NCBI GenBank assembly: GCA_000165425.1
Contig: CT868058.1
Span: 1 to 64,000 of the forward strand
DNA: 64,000 nt
Origin: Paramecium tetraurelia
Lineage: Eukaryota
Direction of reading: 5' to 3'
In this document: one piece after another, positions 52,293-64,000 of the stretch
Layout: each line of letters opens with the position of its first letter
Numbering within the stretch: the first letter of the stretch is position 1
Notes under the pieces: generated by a model
Seen by the model: only the letters and a program-made list of their open reading frames with translations
Database searches by the model: none
Told to the model about the DNA's origin: nothing
Program-made: the position numbers and the translations under genes

Positions 52293-54862
52293 ATGAATTC
52301 TTGCCAAAAAGTGCATCATTAAAACAGCAAAATTATTGGTATTTGCCAATAATGTAAGTAGACTTATTTGGGTTGTAAGTTTTGTTTTGCCGAAGTCCAT
52401 TATATGCATATTGATGATTTTCTATTAAATGATAATATTCTCTTAATCATAGAGTCAGTACTAGAGAAAATGGAAATGGCAAAACAATATTTGGAGTAGA
52501 AAAATTTGTAAATAAATGAACAGTTTAATTCATTTATTCAAGCCAAATACACTTAGCTTTAAAAGATAAAATCCCATCTCTTAAATCAAAATTTACAAAA
52601 TCTATTAAATTTGGAGTTTCTTATTACAATAAATTAGGACTACATTTTATATGATATCTTGGCTTATTTGAAATTATCGTCAGAGCTCTTTTCTTAATAG
52701 TAAATAGAAAATATTCGATAAGTTTTTGTTAATCAATTCCAAAATGTCTAATAAGAATATTAAATTATACTAATGTTCGATAAAAGTATATTGCATTCAT
52801 TTATAAGGTTGCCTATTATATTCAATTCAAAAATATGAGAAAGCACTTTAAATATCCTCTAAAATACTAAAATTAACATAGAAAATATATTTTCTAAATA
52901 AAAACATTCTAGAATTTAATAAGGAAATCAAATTGAAATCTAATAGTTATAAATGGAGTTTAGAATGTTTGTTTGGGAGAAATCTATATTTAATCAAAGA
53001 ATACAAAAAGAGTCTTGATTTCTTTTAGAAATTGAGAAATAACAATACTAATTAATAAATCCTAAAGGAAAGTTCTCTGTACATAAGCCTCAACTTAATG
53101 TAGTTGAATAAAAATGAAGATGCAATAAATTACCTTTCTATGTATAGTAAAATAGACTCAACTAATTTACTCATAAATCTTTTTGAAGGTATTTTTTAAA
53201 TTTACCTTTTTAGCTTTTGCTTTAGAAAGATTTGGGAAGTTAGAGTTTGCTCTTTAAAAATATAAATTAATGGCTCAAAAAACAAATAAATCCTTTTATA
53301 ATCTACTCTATGGTAACTAATTTAAAATTAAATTAACAGGAAAAGTCTTACTCAATTGCAAGAAGTTTCACTAAGCCCAAGAAATATTTGATAAAGTTAT
53401 TGAGCATAGGAATTTGAAAGAGATTGCCTAAGTTTACAAATGTATTAATCCACATTTATAAAGGTTTGACTCTATTAAATCAAAATGAACTTGAATCAGC
53501 TATGAAATAATCAGAAACGCTGATTGATACTAATCAAAACAGTGTTTATGGATGTCTACTGAAAGGTAAAAAAGTAAATTGAATAATATTAGGTATTATC
53601 TTACAAATGTAAGATAAAATAGAAGATGTTAATGCAATGAGCAAATACATAAATTAACAATTCCCTGATAATGGATGGAACTATTTTTTTTAAAGTGAAT
53701 ATTTTAATTTAGATTTATAGGTTATGTTTTAATTTTAGATTCTAAATTTGAATAAGCATAGATCTTTTTAGAGAAGATCTCTGGCGAGAAACATAAGCTT
53801 CTATTTTTCAAAGTTTTATTTTTACTTAAGCTTAATAAAATTCAAGAGGCTTTTGAGATCATTTAGTAATTGAATAAGGAAGATTAATATATTGCTCTCT
53901 TAAAAGAAGCATTTTTGATTATAAAAGAAAATGGATAGGCTAAAATTGGGATATTGTAATTTAAAAGGCTATTTGAAATCAACCCTTAGGATTATATGGC
54001 TATGCATTATTAAGGTATTCTTTCTCATCGTTATGTAGGATACTGTTTCTATCTTGAATTATCATACAGTTAAGCAATTGAGTGTTTTAACGAAGCTATA
54101 AAGCTGAAACCAGACCTCGCTGAATCATACTTTTATAAAGGTAGAATAATGAAGATTATATTTAGGCGAATCCTTATTTAGAGAGTTAGAATTTTCAAAG
54201 GCATTGGATTGTTACATTATTGCAAGCAAGAATGAAGAATTTAATAATGAATAAGTAAACTTTTAGAAAGGAAATCTTAATTTATTTTTATCTCAATTTG
54301 AATTCGCCTTATCATCTTATGAAGATTCTAAGTCAATAGATTTGGCTTCTATTATGAAGGCTGTAATCGATTGGTATCAAAAAAAATTTTAAGAAGCATC
54401 AGTAGAAGCTGAAAGAAAGAAGGATAGATACAAATAGCTCTTTTTTATGTTAGGTAATAGAATTAGATAGAAATTTAGGAATGTTGTATAATGAATTAGG
54501 AAATAAATAATTTGCTCAGTATTATTAAGATCAATTCAAGACTATGAATCAGCTTGGAACCTATAATTTTCACAAGGGAAATTACTAAAATGGTAAAGTT
54601 TTTATTAAATATATGGAAAGGAATTCTCAAAGTTTTGAAAAATTATCCGATAGTATTAACTTTAATCATATGATATATAATAGGGGAATATGAAATACTG
54701 AAATATGCGGCATGGTTTTTAGATTAATAAGCTAAAGAAATTAGTTTATGCAAAGCTTAATGGAAATGTCCAAAATTCTTTTATTAATCAATAAATATTG
54801 AATAGAATAGGAATATAAATGAGGAGTTATTAAAGCACTTTGCTAAATATCCAGTAATTTGA
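52293..54862 (+). CDS. Tetratricopeptide-repeat protein with N-terminal Cys/His (B-box-like) domain
   Basis: MNSCQKVHH..GICQQC..GCKFCFAEVH. TPR motifs such as AIECFNEAIKLKPDLAESYFYKG. About 8 phase-1 introns. TGA 54860-54862. Confidence 0.85.
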
Positions 54863-54927
54863 TAATTTTATATATATATGTAATTTTATTTTATAATGAA
54901 TAACTATCTGTTTTTGAAAAAATATAA

Positions 54928-56402
54928 TCATTTCTATCTACTTAGAATAGATGGTTTTATGTCTCTATTATAAACTTACTACTTTTGAACGTAGTTGTCT
55001 TCTACACTTTATAAGGAATCGAGATTTTGTTTTTCAAGTGTTGGGTTTAAAACTTGCTTAGATTTAAGACTAATTGAATGTCCAACATAGTCAGTATACA
55101 TAGTTGAGAACGTATCTCCAAAGAAGGGATGTTGAAGAGCTTAGTATGCTGTGATTCTTTCTTCGGGATCTTTTGCTAACATTGCTTTTAATAATGACTA
55201 GCCATATATGATTGAACTGTTTACAATGCAATTTTTAGAATAATTATGCTGTTAGACTATAGACCAATCGATTTAACATTTTTTGTTGTTGGCCAAGACT
55301 TGATCAGAAGTTTAGCCTTAAAAGCAACTGATGCCCTTTGATAATCTATAAGGATTAGAGAATGTATTAATACAATTTAAAGAATACCACTCCAAGGCTA
55401 AAGATATCACAAAGGGAAGTCCAAGCCTTCTGCTAGTCCTTTCTCATGTTAACAATTTCAGGAGCCATGTAACCAGGAGTCCCACATCTATTGTATTACA
55501 ATTAGTTCTTAATGCTGAGTCCAAAATCAATAATTTTGACGCAATTATGATGTTATTAGGAAATCATTATATTTTATGGTTTTATATCTCTGTGTATTAC
55601 TTGTTCTTAATGTATAACAGCCAGTGCCATTAGCAAGGCTTAGAGGATAGTTTTGATTTCTGATTCTTTAAGAATATTTTAATTTTTCTTCAGCTATTCG
55701 ATTAGAGTAGATAATGCAATTCCATCCAAATATTCAACTATAATTCCGTAATGATACTCTTCAACACGATAGACTTCGTATATTTTAAGGATGGATTCGT
55801 GATTAAAGGACCTAAGAATTCCAATTTCATTCTCAACTAATTGCTGCTAATATTCGAAAATTTTACCATATTCTCCTTGTCGTTCTTCTATTTGCTTGAC
55901 ACATATTTCATAGCAAAGACTTTTTTGTCATTTTACCTAAAAATTTTATATACAGAAGAAAAAGATCCCTTCCCAATTAATTCATCTATTTTATAGTGGT
56001 CATCGAAGGAATGGAACCCAATTAAACAACTTATTTCTTGTCGAAATTTTTATAATTATTCTGAAGCGGCCTCAAAGTATTTCACATTCTTTCTAATTTA
56101 TTCTCATTTTTGAAAACTTACTTATATTTTATACCGAAGGCACGATTTTAACCGTGTTCTTACTTCCAGTAGACGATATTTTTCAAATTGAGTTCTAATT
56201 TATACTTAGGATTAGGGTCATTGATATGCTAAGATTGTGGTTGATTATATACTTCTCCTATTGTAATCATATTGGGTAAGGCATGAACATAGTAGACTTT
56301 ATCTTTAAATAAGTGTCGACGGACACATTTGAAAGAGTATTTTACAGTCCCATAATTTATGAGAGGTTGTGTTTAAGGTATTTCACCTATTGATTAGAGC
56401 AT
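54928..56402 (-). CDS. Ser/Thr protein kinase (CAMK-like) with N-terminal PH-like region
   Basis: IGKGSFSSVY, FAMK, IHRDIKPQN, IIDFGLS, RCGTPGYMAPE, DIFSLGV. Several tiny introns. TGA at 54928. Confidence 0.92.
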
Positions 56403-56751
56403 ATATATATTAATAGATTCAATTTGTTATACTAAATAAATTATTTGGAGTTGTCGAGATCAAATCTAAATGGTGGGCACCTTATGAACCGAAATAACAG
56501 TGCACTATAAATAGTAAATCAAGTTTCTAAGGGAAGAATATAAATGAACGAGAGAAATAATATTAGAAAATGAGAGTATTGAGAAGGTGAGGTAAGAAAA
56601 ACGAAATAAAATAAATCGTTTTTTTATGAGTGATATTATGATTAAAACAGCAAAATGATTAAAGGATTGAAATAGATGTTTCAGTTATTAATCAATGATA
56701 CCACTATTAATAGTAATAAATAAATTTATACTAAAATTATAAATTAACTAA

Positions 56752-57630
56752 TCAGAATATTTAACACTCTCCACAACAGGCTCTGGTTTTTGGCTACTCT
56801 TTAATTTCCCTTCTTTCATAATGAGATTTGTCCACGCTTTCCCTCAATACAGCAGATGCAACTATAGATTTCTCATCTTCTTCCATGACTGTGGTTTCCA
56901 TTTGACTCAGTAATTATTACACTTTCTATTCTTGGCCATTGATTAATTCATCTATTTCATATTGAAGTCTTTATTTTTCCTCTAACATTTATTGTATTAG
57001 TAGTTCCTCGTTCTTTGCTGTTTTCTCTTTCAATAATTATTTCTGCTCCTATTTCTTTTATTTCAAAAGCATCTTTTCATCGAGTTCTTATTGTTTTTAT
57101 TTCTCTTATTTCATTCTTCTTTTCATAAATTGTTAATTTTGTTTATTGATTTATTCTTATTCTTTGATCTCAAAATTGATGTCTTGCAAAAGTAATTGTT
57201 TATCCTTGATCAAATTGGTCAAATCATTTAATATCACTTGATCTTTGTTAGTTTGTTTCATGCATTGGCAAATAATGTCTTCCAATTCATCGATTCTCTA
57301 CGTATAAATATGCTAAACTACCTAATTCATAGTGAATATTTGCTCATCTTATTTGCATGTCTCTTAATCGATCTCTTCCAATTGCGACAAGCATTTATCA
57401 TTCATTTCTTATATCACATCATCTATTTGTTTTTCATCAAAATCCAGAACATGTTGATAGATTTCATTTTTATTGTCATCCTATATTTTAACGACAATAT
57501 TTTCTGTTATCTCATTCTCAGCTTCGATTCTATTTTAGAGTTCCAATACTAGAGAGAGTGCTCCATATAATTATTCTTAATAGTAAGGTATGGCATCTAA
57601 AGACAATTAATCAACAACAGTTTAATCCAT
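56752..57630 (-). CDS. Coiled-coil protein with C-terminal CaaX-type prenylation motif
   Basis: One 24-nt intron. Ends ..PKTRACCGECQIF*. Confidence 0.8.
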
Positions 57631-58644
57631 TTTTATTAATAAATTTTATATATATAACGAATATTTAGCGGGTAATTTTTAATCATAATTTCTATTTAGG
57701 TATAAACTCAAAAGGGGGAGGTTTAGATTACTTTACTTATTGAAATTTTATTTATGGAATTGTAACATTCCTAATACTTGCAATACTTTATAACTGATTT
57801 GGAGGATGAAAGGTAAATTCAAAGGTTATTATTTCCTTTTATCTTCTTCCTGTTTGATATTACGTAAATCCAATTTTGAGGCATACCTCCATTAAATTAG
57901 TTCTAATTCTTCATTCATCTCTTACTCAATTTGATGTTAAAGTCACTATCTCTACTTCATTTCAATATTACATAAATCCTAATTACATGTAGTTCCTTGC
58001 AAAAATGTAAAACTGAAAGTTAATTTAAAAAAGTTATTCATGATTATTTTAAGTTATTTCCATAATTTTTAAGGGATTCAATAACTTTAGGGTATCTTAA
58101 TTTTTCTTGATATTGAAAATATGAACTTCTCTTCTGGTTGGAAATCTTAAATGAAATGATCAATTTAATTTTATAATATTTGTTAAAATAATTGAAATAC
58201 TTTTGATAAATTAATAATTGGTTGTAATGAATTATTTCTGAACCAATTTGAATTCTAGCATTTTGAGATTGTTTTTTCAATTTTTGATATTATGAAGTTC
58301 AATTATTCTTATGTATAGTTACATTTAAGCATGAATTTACAAGCTTGAATTTATAATAAATTTTAGACAATTATAAATGAAATTGAACTAAAATTTGTGA
58401 TAGTGTAGATTGAAATAATAAAAGAAAAGGTGGATTAAATATTACAATAAATCTAAAAAGTTACATACTTTGAGAACTTGGGAGAGACAAATAAAAAAGT
58501 TCAAATATGGAATTCTAAATGAATACTTTGGTGAAATTAATTAAAAGTTTTAAAACCTATTAATTAATGTGACAACATCTATTTAATATGATGAGATTGT
58601 GATATATATTTAAGGTGATAAGATTTTGTAAAAAAGATTCACAA

Positions 58645-59016
58645 TCAATCCAGCAGAAAGATGGGACTGTTTGATCTAAGTCTCTTTTGAGATACATTCT
58701 TTCTTAATAATCTATTGACAGAGGGATTTAACACTATTTTGTCAGCAGAATTTCCAATAGTATCTAAAATAATATTTTAACTTCTTTATCTCTTTTCCTT
58801 CCAATACTGCTATTCTTTAATCTGAGGATCTGTTTTAGTCTGTACTCCCAAATTGTGCAGATATCGGACAATTTCCAATTCAGTCTAATATTCTTTTTAG
58901 TCTATATAGTATTCAATTGAGTCATTCAAATCAGTTGTAGACATAGGGCTAGTTTGGGTTGAATTTGAGCCCAGAAGTGCGAAAACAGGATTTAAATGAT
59001 TATAAGTTTGTTTCAT
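58645..59016 (-). CDS. Hypothetical 123-aa protein
   Basis: Intact ATG..TGA ciliate-code ORF MKQTYNHLNPVFALLG...RSNSPIFLLD*. Confidence 0.6.
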
Positions 59017-59681
59017 GGAATCACTTCTCAAGTATTTTAATTTAATATATTATTGATATGTTTCGAATATGTAAATATGAATCCTCCTTCAGTCGAAATA
59101 CAGTGTTGGGAAAAGTTAAGACTATTTTACTAAAGTTAAAAGGTTTTCAAATTCTAAGTATGCAGCTTTAAATACATTTTATTAGTTCAAAAAATGAAAT
59201 GAAAAATGTTCACAAATTTAGATTAAAGCCATATTTAATATAGTTGTTATCATTGTTAGTACCAATTTATTGAAACAAATCAATTAAAAGACTCATGATC
59301 TGAAATTAACAGTTGAGTTATTTCAATATAAAATTAAATAATATAAAAAATACTAGTAATTCATTATTATTAACATTCTTACAGAAGTTATAAAAGAAAG
59401 TATCTGGGCTGGAAAGTGATATTTGTTATTCTCATTGTTCCTATTCACTCTAAGTAAAAATACACTGGAATTATTAAGAATCAGTAATTTTAATTTACTC
59501 TCTTGGTATGAATTTAAGACCTATTTTTAAATTAAATTATCCTTAATTAAACATTAATTTTTGTAGAAGATAATGAATTCTACCATAATAATCAATAAAA
59601 TGCAGATTGAAAGACTGATATGAGATATTATTTAAGAATTTATTAATGTTCATTATCTTACACTCTTAATATATAAAATAA

Positions 59682-60459
59682 TCATGATATTAACTTTTCT
59701 ATAATCTCTTATTAAATGTTATAAGCTTGGGGTTTAAAAAATTCTATGGTTTTCATATTTTTATAATTTGATTACAAGTACTCATCAATAGTACCGATTT
59801 CATCAACTATTCTCATAATTTGCATGATGCTTACTTTAATTTTTGAGCCTGATAGCCAGTTAATATGGAAGACTGAAATGCCTCATTTAAACAGTCTGTT
59901 TATTCATGTAGATTTATGAACTTTTTAGACAGGTTCAATGTTATTTGTTTTTTAAGTTCAATTTCATTATTTTTCATTGAATTGTTTAACCATTCTTTAT
60001 CTGTCTCTTTGTAAGGTTGAAAGGGATTCAAACGATCCTTGTACTTTCCATGTGACAAATTAATCACTTCTAAATTCTCTCTCTTTATCAATTCAGAGAT
60101 GTTCCACAGTTATCCTGAAAAAGTATAATCTCCAATTTCTGAATTATTTGCAGCAATAATCTTATCTGCACAACTCAATATGATATTTGCACTATTATAA
60201 ACTTGAGCTCCTGCAAAGCATAAAATAGGGAGTCTAAATTTAAATAAATCAAGCACTTTTGTTTTTAAGCAAATTTTTAAAGTAAATATTATATTTGCTT
60301 TGCTTAGACTACAGATCCACCTTAGCAATCAATTTGTACAGCAAGGACTTTTGCCTAATAAAAAGAAAAATTTTCCAATTGATTTCTTATTAATTAGGTT
60401 AATTTTGAAGTGATTGGTCTCTGTATATTGATTCTAATAATCCTGTTTAATAAATTCAT
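59682..60459 (-). CDS. Peptidase S49 (SppA/SohB-like) family protein, probably catalytically impaired
   Basis: LAVQIDCQGGS (cf. INSPGGS), LPILCFA, ILSCADKIIA..SEIG, HGKYKDRLNPF, LTGYQAQKLKIVDEIGT. Two introns. TGA at 59682. Confidence 0.78.
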
Positions 60460-60642
60460 GAATAAAATTAATTAATTTCCATACACTATTCCTATTTTTC
60501 ATTCAATTGGAAAAATACTCAAATATTTTTGGCAATCTCTTGTGAAATTCGTATAATTAATAAAATTGTGTGATTTTAAGATTACTATATGAAATTCTCA
60601 AAGATTAATTTAAAACATTAATTTATTTTTATTTCTATTAAC

Positions 60643-62456
60643 ATGATTGAAGATTGCGAACTAGATTAAATTATTGGTACGAGAAATCAATTCGGCCCCA
60701 ACAGATATATTGTAGTTTCGGAATCGCTTTTCTTTGAAAGTTATGAATTATGTAAATCCTTTTACTATTAAATAGTTTAATAATCAGCATAGTTAATCAA
60801 CATTCAAAAGGAGAATGAAAAGAATTCAACGTTGGAAAAGAATGATCGTTTCATCATTTTTGCTACAAGTATATTAAGGCAACAAGCATTTGAACAACAT
60901 ATGAAATTTAATTCATAGCAATTAGAGTAATATCGGTAAGGCAATTAAGCAAGTGTTATAATCTCAACTATAAATAAATTGATAAAAGAAAATATAGATC
61001 CTACAACTGCAAAAAAAAAAGATGAGCTAAATAATTTTTAAGATAAGAATGAAGAAGAAAAAAAAAAAATAGAGCAGTAAAGAAGAGAAGCTTTCATTTA
61101 GGAAAATTGCATAATTATAATAGAATTAGAATAAACTGAAATCTATGAAATGAAGAAAAAAAATTCTCATAAATTATAGGCTGAGGATTTTTTAAAATTT
61201 TTAGAAACTAAATCAAAGGATAATGTAGAATTTTGGGAAAATTAAAGCAGGCTTAGGCAAGTATATTCGAAAGAAATATCTAAATTGATGTACAATCCTC
61301 AAATTGACGAGACATATATATATATAACTAGAAGATAAATATCAATTAATGATATTAGGAGTTAATTTGAATAACAATTTTAAATTAAGTAAATTGTCGA
61401 TGAAAATCATCAGCAAGTTGAAGAACTTTATTAAGATATTATAAATATTCCAACTTAAAGATATGTCCCTTTAATAATTTATAATTAGTTATTTAGAGAC
61501 TAAGTTATTAATCCAATACTTGAATTAGCAAAATAAAACAGATAAGTGAGCTTTTAAACCATTTAGACATGTTTAGGTTTTGCAGAATTTAAACCTATTG
61601 AAGTATTTCTAAAATTGATTGAAACTGTTGAAAATTGCAGAGACATAATAAGATGGATTAATGTAAATAATTTCAATATACATAGTTATTATAAAGACAT
61701 TTAGAAGGCAAATCCGTATAAAAATCATCTGAAGCCGTTGGCGATAAGGATTAAATAATTTATAAAGTGAGAGAGTATTTAATGAAATCTTATAAATAAT
61801 TGGATAAGAGATTTCAGGACGAATTTTTGGATGCAAAGAAAGAAGACTCTTATGATAAATTTTTAGTGAGCAAGGATAATATGGAAAATACCTAGTTCAG
61901 GGAGTAGTAGTAGGAGTAGATTTTCTCAAACACTTACTTTAGTCTTGTGTTGTATGAAATCAAAGAAAATTTCTTAATGCTTTATTAAAATTTTAAAATT
62001 GGAGCAGAAAGTTTCAATGTAATAGCAAAACTAGAATTTTTTAATTAAAATAAAAATGAAGATAATTTTCAAACTGACTAAGGCGATCCTACTTCAAAAG
62101 CCAAAGGAAACAATCCAGTTTAAAAAAAAAAACAAAATGAACAACCTTCTAAAGACTATCCTCCTTAAGCTGACCATGTCGATATTAATTAAATTAGTTT
62201 GATTGATAAAGAGGAAGGAAAAACAGTTTATACGTATTTATTTTATAGATTGTAGACTTAAATTTTAATTGAAAGAAGAGCATTAATAATTAGTTTAAAC
62301 TAAAAATGAGTAATATAGAAATCTAATAATGGAGTAAATAATAATATTAATAATAGTGTTCTAATAAGAACCGTTACCATAAAGGTGAAGCAAACTATGT
62401 ATAATCCTTAAACTAGAAAGTTTGCATTAAAAATTACACAATTTGTTGTAATTTGA
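60643..62456 (+). CDS. Hypothetical protein
   Basis: A coherent model with about 5 tiny GT..AG introns runs from ATG 60643 to TGA 62454-62456. No recognised domain. Confidence 0.65.
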
Positions 62457-62621
62457 TAATTATCTAAGTGAATTAAGAATAGTTTTTAATATATACAATC
62501 CATATTAATTTTCCAATTTCTCTATTCATTACTACTGATGTATCAATAATTTTCCTTTTGTTTATTTTCTAATTTCGTATTTCTTTCTTTACTTAATATT
62601 ATAATTTTAAGTCATTTTTTA

Positions 62622-64000
62622 ATGGCCACAAAGGCTGCAATTGGAGAGGAACCTGAAATTGGTAATTTATGTTGTTTATTTCAAGAAAAAAAAGTGTGTA
62701 TTACGCCTGTTGCTAATTCTATACAACTACCTTAAAAAATTGATATTAGCGTGGTAAACTCTCAATTAATGTTAAGATTGATCACGAAACCCCGAAAAAG
62801 AATTTCAAATAAAAAACCTTATAAATCTTATTAATGTGGTTGTTTTGCAAGAATCAAGTTAATCCATTATGGCTAACTGTGACTGTAATGCTTGTATAAT
62901 AAAATAGAATAAACATTTAATTAGATGTTGCGTAGTGATGAATTTAAACTTTGCATTAGATTTATCATCATCTCAATACTTATCATCTTTTAGCCAAAAA
63001 GACAAGATTGTGTAATTTAAGCAAATGGATTAAGGGAATGTGAACTTTTGGCAATCAGTATTTTATACTAAGTATCACGAAGACCAAGCATCTCAAACAT
63101 AAAATTAACAATAAATGAATCATCAGGATATTCTATAAGAACACTTAATTTACAATCAATATAGGAATTTAATTTTAAACAAGGAATAGCTTAAAATGAA
63201 CCTATACCCAATTGATGAAAAAATATATCACGATTATGTGAGATTGGATGGGAAAAAAGGGTAGAAGAATAGGATGAATATATTTGCAATTGATTGTGAA
63301 ATGGTGTAGACTGAAAATCGATTAGAGCTTGCCAGAGTGTCAATAGTTGATTACAATTACAGGGTTGTACTTGATATATTAGTCAAACCATAAACAATAA
63401 TCTTAGATTACAACACTAAGTATATAAGGAATAAATTAATCCTATAGATATAGCGGTATAACTGAGGAAATGTTGAGTAATGTTACTATTACATTGGCAG
63501 AAGCACAAAAGATGGTGAAATCTATTTTAGATGAAGAATCTATTTTGATAGGTCATTCCCTAGAGAATGATTTGAATGCTTTGCAGATGATACATCATAA
63601 ATGTGTGGATACAAGTGTCCTTTACATGACAGAAAGTAACAGAAAGTAATCATTAAAAAACTTAGCTCATAAATATTTAAATTTAAGTATTTAAAAAGTA
63701 AAAAATCGCATTTAAATTTATAGGATACTCATGACTCAAATGAGGATGCCAAAATTGCATTGTCTTTGGCCAAGTTGCGAATTGAAATTTTGAATCATTT
63801 TTCTAGTGCTTCATTCCCTCAATAATAAACTGCGACTCCTGATGTCCTGATCTAACTTAGGAAATTTGGAGGCATACATCTGGTGGATTCTAGATAAGAG
63901 GTAGAACTCTTATTAAAATACGATGTTGGATTTGAAGATGGAGAATAGATCAATGATGAAAAAAGTACATATTGTTAACATATTTAGAGATGAAAAGAAT
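62622..64000 (+). CDS. DEDDh RNA exonuclease (REX1/REXO-like), truncated by window end
   Basis: IFAIDCEMV..LELARVSIVD..LVKP..ILDYNTKYSGIT..ILIGHSLENDLNAL..CVDTS..HDSNEDA. Confidence 0.9.

Noticed and set aside
57660..58400. Possible minus-strand gene upstream of the CaaX coiled-coil gene
   Set aside because: It looks coding in patches, but I could not build a model free of TGA stops. It may be a remnant.
1..64000. Most ORFs in the supplied track (e.g. 15191-15568, 39266-39733, 41655-42050, 57238-57552)
   Set aside because: They were computed with TAA/TAG as stops. They are antisense or off-frame shadows, or fragments of intron-containing ciliate-code genes.

Overview
This is AT-rich ciliate macronuclear DNA, almost certainly Paramecium (aurelia-type). 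TAA/TAG read as Gln, TGA is the only stop, and genes are split by tiny (~20-30 nt) GT..AG introns, so the supplied standard-code ORF track fragments or misreads nearly every gene. Re-reading by hand in the ciliate code gives about 26 genes. The left ~17 kb is gene-poor, with decayed ORF remnants, a pentapeptide/WD40 gene with highly similar internal repeats, a membrane hybrid histidine kinase and an RBR E3 ligase. From ~17 kb onward the genes are densely packed: a Cys-rich DUF4215-type membrane protein, SPAG6/PF16, a RING protein, a divergent ammonium transporter, a kinesin, an SP-RING+Kelch protein, a CNBD K+ channel, two tandem D-2-hydroxyglutarate dehydrogenases, a small Tim, an importin-alpha-like protein, a TPR protein, a Ser/Thr kinase, an S49-like protein and a REX1-like exonuclease running off the right end. 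I saw no rRNA, tRNA, CRISPR, telomere array or clear transposon. The most notable observations are the HET-E-like hypervariable WD40 array, the SP-RING/Kelch fusion, one-TPR-per-102-nt-exon architecture, an apparent GT..CG intron in the K+ channel, a kinesin frameshift that a cryptic 25-nt intron could rescue, and several apparently disarmed enzyme/transporter homologues. All gene models are manual and unverified by any search.
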